A stretch of 63,968 nt of DNA, the filler included, from Circinaria calcarea (lineage: Eukaryota), in the NCBI GenBank assembly GCA_051942165.1. It is 4 parts of 4 records of this genome, joined end to end, with 100 filler letters (N's around TTAATTAATTAA, not from the genome) between each part and the next. Parts side by side here need not be neighbours in the genome. Positions count along the whole stretch, not along the records: positions 49,273 to 63,968 come from JAVECS010000409.1; 3 more parts are not named here. One strand, given 5' to 3'. Made by a program: the position numbers and the translations under genes. Below the pieces are notes generated by a model. That model searched no databases, was not told the DNA's origin, and was given only the letters and a program-made list of their open reading frames with translations. Of this stretch, positions 52,919 to 63,968 are shown piece after piece (position 1 is the stretch's first letter; each line of letters begins with the position of its first letter).

Positions 52919-53530
52919 GATAGAGTAATCCAAACTGATGTGATGGGTGATAGGTTTGATCAGTGCGTTATTCAAATATGACAACAATATTTGTGTGCTA
53001 TGTAGTAGAATGGGGATGAGAACGGGCACTGCCTGGGCTTTAAGTCATTTCATTCGGCTTCACTTGTAATTCACCAGCAAGCAACACTAAACAAAACCAC
53101 TTATCCGAGGAAAGATTTACCGCTACCGATAAGGTGAAACTGAAAGACGAGTTACTGGACATTCGGGTAGAATGATACACAAGTATCATGGAAGGTTTGG
53201 CCGACACAGGCAAGGAAATGATGCTGAAGGCTGGTCCGCGTTCATTTGCTAGGGGCTAGATGGTAAGGTGTATCTGATTGACTGCGTACTTGGCGCATGC
53301 TTTGATTTGCGAAGAGAATATATTCAGCCTAACAGCAAGATGGAAAGCGCTTACACTCGCAGCTCCCTCTCCACAGTAGGATCGTTACAGTTGTGAAATC
53401 CAACGCCATGGCCGGCTGGCGAACGATACTACAGTAGAACCAGTCCCAAGGTATCTAAGGAAATTTCTGGCACGTACTCTTTCAATTCATCACCTTGACT
53501 ACCGCCAGGATCACATCTTGTCCAGGTAAC

Positions 53531-54517
53531 TTACCAAGCCATGGATTCTGACGTCAAATACAAAACAGCCAAATCTCCGTCCCTTTCTCCATGATACCTA
53601 CCTTCACTTAATCCATCCACAATTTCAAACCACCACATACCCGGCTTTGCGAAACGCCAGGCCGTAGTGTATTCCCAGTATTCTGGATACCAACCGCTTG
53701 CCTCCCAATCAATGATTGCTGTTACGTGTCCGTCTTCCGAAACGAGAATGTTCCACGGAAAGAGATCCCCATGGGTAAAGACAATTTTATGGGGCGCGGC
53801 GTGGACTAAACTTGTCTTCGCTAGCTTTTCCTCATAGTTTGAAAACGATTTAACGTAAGAATGTCGGGCTGGTTGCATGAGTAGCTTGTTAAAGTCCTCC
53901 TCGTTTTTGCATGGCCCGATATTGTGTGACGGAACCCTAACACTGCGAATGCTTGTTCCTGCCACAGAGCAAATTCCCTTTCCCCCATACCAAGGATTGG
54001 TCCAGCCCCGCATTGTGTCGACGTAGATTTTCAGCTCAGCTATGATAGTGGACTTTTCCTCCGGACTAAACCATTGCCACAATTCCTCGAAGAGTTCTTG
54101 CCCCGGCATTCGGGTCATCATGATCGAGATACCCCCAAGAGTAGTATCCGCATGTTCTCCATAACAGATGACTTTAGGAGCCGGTAACCCTGCTGCTCGG
54201 GCAGCTTGTGTAGCAAGGGCCTCTTCAATGCGAACCTTCTCTGATCGCTTAATAAGTACGCCAAACGGAAGTGGGTATATGCCGGTCTCTCGAGTTGAAC
54301 CAGCCCATTTGGAATACCAAAGTGAGAACTTGATTAGGACTTTGTGAACGTATCCCCAGAAGCGGCGGATAAGCCATGGAGTTGGTCGAGGAATGTCCAG
54401 GATAGAGGAACGCAATGGTTTAGGCCTGATAGGGTACCTCCAGGCAAAGTTGGGACGTAGGATTTGGTAGCACCAAGCAAGGTCTACACGTAGGAAATCC
54501 ACCGTCAGGCCGAACAT
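53531..54517 (-). CDS. aminoglycoside-phosphotransferase/choline-kinase-like protein
   Basis: LPAPKVICY, IMMTRMPG, Brenner motif VFTHGDLFPWNILV and IIDWEASGWYPEYWEY. Intronless. Confidence 0.9.
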   Translation of the reverse strand: MFGLTVDFLRVDLAWCYQILRPNFAWRYPIRPKPLRSSILDIPRPTPWLIRRFWGYVHKVLIKFSLWYSKWAGSTRETGIYPLPFGVLIKRSEKVRIEEALATQAARAAGLPAPKVICYGEHADTTLGGISIMMTRMPGQELFEELWQWFSPEEKSTIIAELKIYVDTMRGWTNPWYGGKGICSVAGTSIRSVRVPSHNIGPCKNEEDFNKLLMQPARHSYVKSFSNYEEKLAKTSLVHAAPHKIVFTHGDLFPWNILVSEDGHVTAIIDWEASGWYPEYWEYTTAWRFAKPGMWWFEIVDGLSEGRYHGERDGDLAVLYLTSESMAW

Positions 54518-56244
54518 CGCGATGTCGTCGGGGTGTCCGACAGCAACAACTAACTTCCAACGGTTAGCCTGTAGTTCTCAACCAGAAGCTCATTTGTAAG
54601 GTGACACGAACGAATGGGAGGTCAGGTCATGCAGGATGGCGTGTTCTCGAATTTTGGTTGGCGTGGGGGAGGACAAGGGGCAGACCAGGGTGGGGATGAT
54701 GGATGGTGGCCAAATTTGACGTGGTCAGGATGCAGGTTCAAGAACACGCGATGCACGTGACCATCTCAGCTTGAAACACTCTCTACTCATCTTCTCTCTT
54801 AGCCTCCTCCTGAATCTGAGGGAAGCATATTGCGGGATAGGGATGAGGTTATCAAACATCCGTGAGAATGTCTCGGCCTGTGGGGCACACAGCGGTTGGT
54901 GAGATAGAATACGTGTCACAGGTGTACTGACTGACAGATGAGTGTTCCATCAGCATCAACACAGCTTACCTGTAATTAGAGCTCCGCCCACAACGCGTTA
55001 CTCTTTGAGTGCTGTAGAGGGGCGTAAGGCGGTTGACAGTGGGTATGTAGGTAGTCGATAGATTGTTTCGCTCGTTTCCTCTGAGCTGCCTTCAATTTGG
55101 TGACTACGCTACCGTCCAATCATCGTTGAGTCCGGTACGGAGTACGGAGTACGAGTACGGTTACTCATATCTACTAAAGTACCAGTAGCTCGGAAGATAT
55201 TTCCTCTCCCGCCGCCCAAACACTGATTGATCGCTTCTTCCCCTTCACCGTCGCTTGCGCACCTACGACAGCAGCTCTGTTCATCCATCACTCTCGTTGA
55301 CTTCTAAAATTTTATTTCACCTGCTAATATTCCTCGTTCGCTGAGCTCGAAGCTCTTCGACGTCACATACCAACCCGAGTCCTTTGACAGGGCAGAAAGC
55401 TCCCACCCCGTCGCATTACTGAGTACCATCCACTGGGAAGCAGAACCGCTCAAGCTTCGAGGACTTGATACACCACTGTGACTGGGCCATCTCCCTGCTC
55501 TCCTCCACAGTCGTGGACCTTCAAACCCTGTGCCTTATGCTGAGGGAGTGACTTGGATCGGACTTGTCGCTCATTTAGCTGCACTGTTGGTATTTGTACA
55601 GCCATTCTTCTGTAATCTTTGGTACGCATCTAAACTCCACGAAGCTACCCATTCTCTCCTCTTTATGCCATCTCATTTTGCAATGCCGTCAGTTACTCCA
55701 TGTGAAGCATGAGTCGCCAGCATATGTCAGATGGTGGATAGCGTGAACCCACTCAATTATCCTTCAACAACAACTCGCCGCTCTCCAGTGAAGTCGGCCA
55801 GCTGACATATCTCGATAGGTCTACCCACTGGATAAGATTTGTTTTACAACAGCAGACAACAACTGGACTGGATCGACTATTCGACATACATCAAGGTCAT
55901 TTTGTACGGTCACCCTTTGGCCATTGAATAATCCTCCATCGTTCGCGGTCTCTCGAAATTCACTTGCGCTTCATTCGCCTTAGCCCTAGTCCGATCACCC
56001 TGTCGCTTCACACTGATTGCAATGGAGTATCCTTTATGAGCTCATTAAGACCACAGTTGAATCATATCATCCGTTTTAAAGGTTAGTATCCTTGCGCAGC
56101 TTGGACTCCCAGTGCTAGGTTGGTTGAGCAGGCTCGCAACCTTGATTCGACTATACTTGATGTATACGCCCGAAATGTCCATTTAGCCTTGGATATTTTA
56201 TAACGACGTCTCGCGACTGGGAAGTGCCCTTCTCAACTGGACAG

Positions 56245-59171
56245 ATGAGCCAGGATCCTCATGGGCCAGGTCGGTCCCAAAATGAGTCTTCGGGTGCACA
56301 GGATGGATTGGTACGGAGCGCGGGCGGTTCTGTGAAACGCGCAAGACAGCAGGTTAAAGCTGGAGTTCCACAAGAGCAGTCTCAAAGGGTTCATGATCCT
56401 ACTGTCGGCCGTCCAGCTTCACCTGGGGCTAGGGCGCCACTTCAACAATTGGGTCAAGGCGATTATGTTCAGGAACCTTCGCAAGGATACGCGCAAGGAT
56501 TAATTTTACCTGAGGACTTAGACTCGGGTTTGCGCGAAAACGGACTGCTTGTCTCGAGATCATCTCCCTCTCCGATGCCCCAGTGGCCTTTACGTGAGGA
56601 AGACGAAAGCTCACGACGTCGCAACAATAGTCCTACAAACGAACGCCCAAAAGCTAAAGGGCCGCCACCACAGAGACCGCCAAGGCCTAATTATGTACCT
56701 TCGATACTTGATAGTTCGAAAATGCAGGGCAAGGTCCCGTTACACAATCAACGAGGACCACTGTATACACAAAAGCCTCAAACCGCATCTCAGCAACAAC
56801 AGTATCACTGGGAAAAGAGTCAGTCGCTCTCGCCTGGGCAGGAACTTGGTACTCCGGGGACAATGGGTACTGGCACCTCTAGCAGCTCAAGTAGGCCATC
56901 CACATCTTCTTCGGTGGGTTCGATACCTGAGTTCCCAACTCCTAGTATCCCGTCGCTACTGCCTTCCCAACAGACCCGGCGGAGCGCGAACCTTGGTCCC
57001 CCACCTACTTCGAGAAGGGGCGCATCCTCGTACTATTCTCAATCTTCATACGTCACTCCAATCCCTGAAGAACTGCCAGAGCATCCCAATTCTCAAAACC
57101 CACACGAGCCGTATGCCTCGAGTCATCTTATGCCTACTAGTTGGGGCGATGGGCCGCCAGAATACTACTTAGGTGAAACTACAGGTGAGGAGGCAGAAGA
57201 GGTTCTAGGAGGCGAGGGTGGACGCGAGTGTAGGGGAGGTGATCATGACGAGTCTACTGGATTAGTACGGAAAGCCAGTCTGGGTAAGCGACACAAACCA
57301 TCCTTGACGACGATCAGAAGCAGCGATGGATCAGATAGAGAGGAGGCGAATCGTACGCTCAATAATCATCAACTCAAGAGGGTTGACGCCGAGAAGCCCA
57401 GCTTGGTTAGTCGAGCAGCACTGGCTGCCGGGTCTACTGGGGGAGGCTTTGCTGTGGGTGTGGGTTCGTCCAAGAATGAGCATGTGGTCCCTGAGAAGGA
57501 CGTCTTTGAGGGAGGAACTGGTTTCCTTGATAGCCCTTCATCCTCCAATGGGTCGGCCTTCAAGAATTCCATGTTGGATTTTCCATCTGGTGCTTCAGAC
57601 CTTAGACCTGGATCGCCGGTCACAGCTGCCGTGGATGACAAGGTTAAGGAAATTATGGGGAGTCTGAAACGAGGAGGAGCATTAGAGAGCGGAACACCTT
57701 CACCAGTAACTTCCCCGTCGCTTCTGACTGGCGACAAGTTATTCAAGCGACCACCTCATCTTAACATCGAAGCTGCCAAAAATGCAGATGCAAGGGCTAG
57801 TCTGACCAGTCTTCCGGAGCTAATCAGGCGTGCAACAAAACTAGCTTCAAACCTAGACAGAGGAAGAACAGCCAGTAGGCTAGGAATGCGAGATATGCTA
57901 GGTCCAGGTGATATGGGAGAGAAAGGCTTATCTTGTATGTCCTCCGCAATTCTCTTAGGTTGTTTCGGAAGATACTGACCGTTGTAGCCAACGGTCGACC
58001 TCATTCGGGGTCGATAACGCACATACTTGCCTCGTTTCCTCCTCCGGGACTTTCTACACCTACGCCTACCAGCGACCGTCCTGCCTCCCGTTGGCCCTCT
58101 CCTTTCGCCACCTCAAATCCTGCCATGGGTCAACCTTCTTCTGTTGCTGGCGACACGATGGAGTTCAACGAGAAGAAGCGAAGCCGCAAATGCTGCGGCA
58201 TGTCGATTTGGTGCTTCATCCTTCTTCTGATCATCCTTGTCTTCCTTGTCACCGCTGCCGTGGTTATTCCTATAACTTTGATTGTCCTTCCACGTCAGCG
58301 TACCGCCCGCCTCAATGCAGCTGCCGCAGCTGGTCTCACAAACTGCCAAATTACAATTCCCTGTGCTAATGGTGGGACAAGCATTGTTACCGCGAATGCA
58401 TGTAGCTGTATCTGTGCCAATGGATTTACAGGTGCTACCTGTAACCAGATTGCTGACGCTGGTTGTATAACAACCGACATCGAACCAAATGACCAATCTA
58501 CGAGTCGCCTTACCAACGTCACACTTGGAAGCAGCATCCCCCGCCTCCTTTCTGCGGCTCAATCCAATTTCAGCATTCCACTAAACTCATCTCGCATACT
58601 GTCCATGTTCAGCGTCACAAATCTCAGCTGTACATCCGAAAACGCACTCGTAACCTTCAACGGCCAATCCCAACGTCGCGGCCTATCCTTTCCTCAGATC
58701 AATCTCGATCCTTTCTTTAGCATGTCTCACCAGGCATCTCCCACTATATTTCCTCGTCAAGACGCTCCTACCTCTCAGTCTTCCATGGTGGCCGATAATT
58801 ACCCGGCCTCCACGATAGGCGTCTACACTTCCAACGGTCTCATACTCGCCGGCTCTACCAGCGTTACGCCCACCGTGGCTACTCCGGTCCCTACCGCTAC
58901 TACCACTACCACTTCCTCTGCTTCTTCCGTTGCGACGAACCAGCCCATCTCCAAGGAGGATCTCGACTTCGCCCGCGTTGCGGTATTGTACATCTTTCAA
59001 CTGACCAAATTGGACGAAGCGGTCCTTGCCCAGGAGAAGTTACAGGCTTTCTTCGTCGGAGGCGGTTTCAATGGGAGCACACTCAACGTGGGTGCAGATA
59101 GGAGTGTCGATTTCGGGACAAGAACTGTCAGTTTGGGCAACGGGACCGTGGTCGGTGCCCAGGTTGGTTGA
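56245..59171 (+). CDS. single-pass membrane protein with disordered N-terminus and extracellular EGF-like domain
   Basis: Two ORFs joined by an intron at ~57935-57987. SLTSLPELIRRATKLASNLDRGRTASRLG, then CCG plus a TM helix, then CQITIPCANGGTS...CSCICANGFTGATC (EGF-like) and a S/T-rich stalk. Confidence 0.85.
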
Positions 59172-59421
59172 GGTTGGGAAATTTATTCCGATTGTACATA
59201 TTAGTTCTAGCGGGAAGAGGTGGATGATGTGATGCGGGATGATGAGTGTACAGATGTCTCATGCGATACCAATTTTATTTCTCCATACCCTTTTATTTGC
59301 ATCTCGCCGGACTTTTTGGATGGTCCTTTTTGGCGATATTAGCATAGCATTGCTCTTGGCTTGGCATAGGGCGTCTTTCTTCCCTGTTGGGGGGGGGGGG
59401 GGTTTGGGTCGTCTAGACTCT

Positions 59422-59448
59422 TGCCTGCCTGCCTGCCTGCCTGCCTGC
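59422..59448 (+). repeat. (TGCC)6 microsatellite
   Basis: Perfect tetranucleotide run; a G14 tract lies just upstream at 59389-59402. Confidence 0.9.
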
Positions 59449-59844
59449 TCATCTGTGTTTGTCCAGACTCCGAGGCTGATTGATGGGCGGGGAGAGGAGG
59501 TCGGGCACTGGTAAATATTATACAGTAATCTAGGAGGATCTTTTTGTCAGATCGGAAGATTTAGTGCATTTTGCATAAGCGGGACTTTTGGCATATATCA
59601 ATGATCTTGTCCGACTTGAGTATACGTACCAAAAGAGGGAACGACAAGTTGATACCAAAAACGCTGCCGAATCCTTTCGCAATCTCATCGATTTACGAGA
59701 TGCTGTACAAGAATCCTGCCCTGTTCTCCTCATGATACAACGCCACGGCCACGGCCACGTCCATGTCCGCGCTCAGAAAGCAATGGTCAAAAAAATGCAC
59801 AAATTTCCTTACCCAAATATCATCCCTCCCTCTCCGGTTTACCT

Positions 59845-61725
59845 CTATCCTTCCTTTCCCTTACTCCCCAACCCCTCCACCCTCAGCAGCCTTCTCACCT
59901 CCTTGGCCTTCTCCTCCACCGCCCTTTGCTCCCTCTCCCACCTGCCCTCTCCTTCTCCTCCTTCCCCCTCTCCTTTTCCTTTCCCCCCTTTTTCTTCCTG
60001 CGCTCCGTCCTTCCAATTCCAAAACCAACCACGACTACTCTGCTTTTCCTCTGTCGTCTTCTCTCCCCTGGCGGCCTTTTCTTCTTCCCGCCGCCGGAGT
60101 ATGGCGACCATCTTCGCCCAGTTCTCCATGCCCATTTCTAGGCATTCGGCACATCGTTGGCGGGCAGCTAGAGATGTAACTGGGGGAGAAGAGGCGGAGG
60201 AGAGTTCGCGGAGAGTCGATTCTGCACGGGAGACGGAGGAGCGCGTCCAGGAGAGGCCGACGAGGTTGGAGGGTTCGGTAGACGGGGAGGAGTTGTGGGA
60301 ATAAGAGGAAGGTTTGCGTATGGGTGCTAGAGAGGAGGATGCGAACAGGATCTCGCCTATGTGCGCCATTGTGGCCGCTTCTTCACAGGGGGTACCAGCA
60401 GTACGGGTTGCCGGTAGATCGCCGTTTGGAGGGGGAGGGGGGTAAGCTGGTGGTGTGAGGGTTGAGCGGATAAAGGAAAGGCCGGCTGTGAAAATTGAGG
60501 TTGAACCATTGATATCTGAGGTGGAAGGATCAGGTGGTGGAGCTGGTGGTAAAGGTAAGTTCTGCTGCGCACGGAGAGCTGAGAGGAAGATGGGAAGGGC
60601 CGTTGAGAAGTTGTTGTTTTGGGCGTGATGGGAGGCTAGGGAGATTGTAGCTAGAAGGAGATTTGGAGTAATGTAGGTTGCGTCTTCGTTGATGATGCCA
60701 GTTTGAGTGTCGACCACATTATTTACGCCTGTCGGGAGGGCGCCCATAGCTATGTCTAACCCCCAATTGTACATGTCTTCGGCGCTAGATGGTAGGCCCT
60801 TGAAGTCAAGCCAGTCTGCATATGCGAGTGCAGCATCTAAGCGTTGCCGAGTGGTAAAACCCCGAGTAGTAAGGATTTTCAAATAGTAGGTCGCGGGTGA
60901 TTCAAAGGCCGGTTCGCAGTTCTCTTCTCGAGGTGCGGACTCAGCACCGAAGGGTACGGGCCTGGGTCGAGGATTGGACGGGCCGATGACAACTTCTGGT
61001 GGAAATGCGATGTTCCGAGTGGTATCACGAACCCATGTGTCAAGGTGCTCTGCTGCACGTGCAGCACCCATGAGGCACTCGTGATAGCCTCGTCGCCACG
61101 GTTCTGATTTCGAGGATATGTCTAAACCGGTTTTTCCAACCCCTTCGACGTAGATATCACCCTCTTCTTCCAATTGGGGTAGCAACCCTTCTCCGTCAAC
61201 AGTAACATCCTCGAGCCGCTGGATTATTTCCTTGTACGAATTCCCAACGTTGGCCCAATCGATGAGACCGGTACCATTTGGATCGGAAACCTCTCTATCT
61301 CGAGTAGTACGGTAGTACCATCGTGAGACCCACGACCATTCCCGCGGAGAAGGGTATTTGCGTTCCAGACGCTCATTCTCGATACCAAACTGTACGATGG
61401 TTATAAGCCCGATGGCAGTCCAGAAGTAGAGTGTATATTTAATCGCTAGCTTAACCTGGTCCTTGAAGTACTGCTTTCGTTCCGTGGTGAGGAGCCGGAG
61501 TATTTGGGTTTGAAAGCGGTTACGAGTAAGGGCTCGTGGAGGGCGTAGTGCGGATGGAGTGTGGAGGAATGGCAATTGGGGCCGGGGAGAGGCGGGGGAG
61601 ATGAGAAGAAGCTGGGAGTTGTGAGTGAAGAGACGGGAGGGACATGGCTGCTTGGGGATGGTATAGGCTCGAGGCAGGTAGTCGAGAAATATCCTTCGCC
61701 GCAACGATATTCGTGGCGGGAACAT
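59845..61725 (-). CDS. conserved fungal hypothetical protein, probably mitochondrial membrane
   Basis: Intronless 626-aa ORF from ATG 61725 (the track start is TTG). Arg-rich presequence, one TM (YTLYFWTAIGLITIVQFGI), YPSPREWSW, DISSKSEPWRRGY and a helical C-terminal part. Confidence 0.8.
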   Translation of the reverse strand: MFPPRISLRRRIFLDYLPRAYTIPKQPCPSRLFTHNSQLLLISPASPRPQLPFLHTPSALRPPRALTRNRFQTQILRLLTTERKQYFKDQVKLAIKYTLYFWTAIGLITIVQFGIENERLERKYPSPREWSWVSRWYYRTTRDREVSDPNGTGLIDWANVGNSYKEIIQRLEDVTVDGEGLLPQLEEEGDIYVEGVGKTGLDISSKSEPWRRGYHECLMGAARAAEHLDTWVRDTTRNIAFPPEVVIGPSNPRPRPVPFGAESAPREENCEPAFESPATYYLKILTTRGFTTRQRLDAALAYADWLDFKGLPSSAEDMYNWGLDIAMGALPTGVNNVVDTQTGIINEDATYITPNLLLATISLASHHAQNNNFSTALPIFLSALRAQQNLPLPPAPPPDPSTSDINGSTSIFTAGLSFIRSTLTPPAYPPPPPNGDLPATRTAGTPCEEAATMAHIGEILFASSSLAPIRKPSSYSHNSSPSTEPSNLVGLSWTRSSVSRAESTLRELSSASSPPVTSLAARQRCAECLEMGMENWAKMVAILRRREEEKAARGEKTTEEKQSSRGWFWNWKDGAQEEKGGKGKGEGEGGEGEGRWEREQRAVEEKAKEVRRLLRVEGLGSKGKEG

Positions 61726-62209
61726 GGTGGATTGCAATGCGGCGGCATTCAAACCAGAGCCACTTTAAGAGCCAAACGCCTGATAGTACCTCGGACCTAT
61801 GGTCTCGCCGGAGCCGTGCAGCCCTAATTCAGCCTTATCTGACAGCTCTACCGCTTTCCTGCATACCACAGTAAACGCTCAATCCCATAGCACCCGCGCT
61901 TTGAAACCTCTGATTTACTGTGGATTAAGAGGTAAGTCGTCTGCTTCTTGAGACCTCAACTTGACTCTAATCGTCGGACCTTGTCTTGAGGGGTTTCTTT
62001 GGAGTTAGCCAATGCCAAAATCAAATACCATAGTGTTGTATCCTTTTTTGGTGTGACTATTTCTTTCTTATGGGTTTCTGGTCCTGAATTCAACTGTTGT
62101 TATCTTTAGTGTCAGCCCTAAGCTATTTTGACTTCCATATCTCCTTAATCCATAGCTACCGTCCAAGCTAAAGTAAATCTGACCGGACCTATTATAGAAT
62201 ACGTCTATC

Positions 62210-62917
62210 ATGGCAGACGTTCTCACCCAGCCAGCTACACTCCCTGATGGTCTTTCAGAAAGCAGAGAGACCCTCGTTCGCTCCCTGGACGACATTCTCG
62301 GGCACTATCTTTCACTCCTTGACCAATATCAAAGACTACAGCAGAAGCTGACGAGGCATCTTTCAGAGGTCAGGGCCATTTTTCATTCATGAAATGTTTC
62401 TCACTGACGCTTCCTTAGGGTTTCTTCTCCCTAGCCCAAGCCAACTTTACTTCCCCAAACCGTATCCATTACGGACAAGATTTCTATGATGATCGCATGC
62501 AAGCTTCAGTGCCTATGTAAGCAGACTGTTCTGTCGAAGTCATGAAGGGATCCCTAAAGATAGGGCCTTAGCTCTTGTAACACATCGAAACCTTACTTTG
62601 CTGTCGCCGAAAAGACATCACCATCCTCAGGAAAGCCCTCAGATACGCAGCCACAAAGCAATCTAGAAGTTACAATTCCCACGGACGATTCCACCGTACA
62701 AGAGAAATCATCAATGAATCCTGAAGTCTCTAAAACACCTAGTGACCCCTTGAACTGGTTCGGCATCCTCGTACCACAAGCATTGAGAACCGCCCAATCT
62801 CATTTCAGTGCTGCTGTCATGGATGAAGTTGCACAGCTAGTAAATATCAGACAGGAAATGGTCGAAGTTGAGGCTGAAGTACGGAGGTTGAGGGGGACCA
62901 TCAATGATTCCCTTTAG
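62210..62917 (+). CDS. VMA22: V-ATPase assembly factor Vma22/CCDC115
   Basis: LDDILGHYLSLLDQYQ...LSE|GFFSLAQANF...YGQDFYDDRMQA and DPLNWFGILVPQALRTAQSHF. Two introns. Confidence 0.88.
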
Positions 62918-63366
62918 TAGACCTTGTACAATAATTCAACCTGTGATCGATAGTCAAATATTAACGAGAACTCGCAACGAGATCTTTTTGTAATCGGCTC
63001 AGAAGGTGCCTCGGCATAACATCTCTCCACTTCAATTGGAGCTCTAAAGATATCTTAACTTTTAGAATCAGTCTTTAAAGGCTTCTGCTAGGTCGTTTTG
63101 AGCGCGAACAGGATATATATCACTTACATTATATGTCTTGAGATCTGTAACGGCGCCTACGCTCAAGCACTGATTGACATGACCGTGACTTGCGTTTCGT
63201 AACTTTGAATCAAAGTACCAAACCACAATAAGATGTAATCATTTTACAAAGGCCCTCTACAGGTTATCTCACGCTTGTATAGGATATCGCCATTTGTGCT
63301 TAGTATTTTCGACGCTGCTAGCCTATCAACAGATCCTATTCATGATCGAAGGTCTCCATCCACCCA

Positions 63367-63930
63367 TCACTCACCTTCTTCCGCAGATCGTACCACGGCG
63401 TCTACGGTGTACGCAAGGGCATCTAGCACCGCCGCCACAGGGGGCTTAACCCCGGCGCATTCCGCCACAACAAGCTTTCCCAACTGCCACAGACTCTCCG
63501 CAGCCACCACCATCTTAATGGTTTTCTCATGAAGGCGGGTGCCTCCATATTTGCTAGGAGACGACAGATCTGTGCCGGGGAACCCAGTCGTAGTGAAACC
63601 CATGCCTAAGGTTGCACGGGCTTTGCGCGGGATGCCCTCGCAACCTGCCGCGTTCGAGGATCTGTCGGTTTCAAGCAACCACTTCGATGCAGCGATAGTC
63701 TTACTGTCTATGGGCAGCTGGGCGTCGAGGAGTTTCTTGACATAGTGGTACGCGGTGTAAGTTGCGAGCAAAAGTTCCAATAAGTGTTCCGAGGCATTAT
63801 TGAAAATGTTTCGAAGGCTAGGTAATGCGCTGTCATGGCCTTTCGTGCCACGAAGCGTGAGTCCAGAGGTCGCATTTTCATTGACTCCAAGATTACCGAG
63901 GACAGGTTCTGCAAGTTGGGTCAAGGAAAC
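63367..63930 (-). CDS. internal or 3' exon of an unidentified gene starting beyond the window
   Basis: Open ~185-codon frame preceded by a pyrimidine tract and CAG acceptor near 63931, with a GTGAGT donor-like site near 63374. No recognised motif. Confidence 0.4.
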   Translation of the reverse strand, partial: VSLTQLAEPVLGNLGVNENATSGLTLRGTKGHDSALPSLRNIFNNASEHLLELLLATYTAYHYVKKLLDAQLPIDSKTIAASKWLLETDRSSNAAGCEGIPRKARATLGMGFTTTGFPGTDLSSPSKYGGTRLHEKTIKMVVAAESLWQLGKLVVAECAGVKPPVAAVLDALAYTVDAVVRSAEEGE

Positions 63931-63968
63931 CTGCGATCGAGAAGAAGGAAATCGACGCGAGGACCCGA

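Noticed and set aside
59588..60304. 238-aa plus-strand ORF
   Set aside because: Antisense shadow of the purine-rich 3' end of the 59845-61725 gene.

Overview
Genomic DNA of a filamentous ascomycete (Pezizomycotina): GT-AG introns with CTRAY branch sites and conserved fungal genes. Some lineage-specific genes look lichen-fungus-like, but that is inference. The window is not one locus. Three identical 100-nt linkers (N44-TTAATTAATTAA-N44) at 16360, 32798 and 49173 join four contig pieces that appear sorted by length, so no synteny can be read across them. Recognisable genes: DAM1, CSR1-type CRAL-TRIO, HNT1, a mitochondrial PDK/BCKDK-type kinase, an RBM26/27-like protein, IDH2, SEC5, ARP2, an Old Yellow Enzyme, a GH27 alpha-galactosidase, Fta4, an AKR7-like reductase, a GNAT, an APH-type kinase, VMA22, and partial SER2 and FtsJ-like genes. 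There are also several hypothetical proteins, an AidB-like acyl-CoA dehydrogenase pseudogene and two MITE-like inverted-repeat elements, one with an all-transition, RIP-like signature. The most notable signal is at 6980-7512, which the ORF track captures only in part. It is a 3-exon gene for a 61-aa secreted peptide with 10 Cys in a 39-aa mature part. Its first intron looks like a [D2,3] spliceosomal twin intron (stwintron): removing an internal intron rebuilds the GTTCGT donor of the outer one. All product calls come from motif recognition; no database searches were run.
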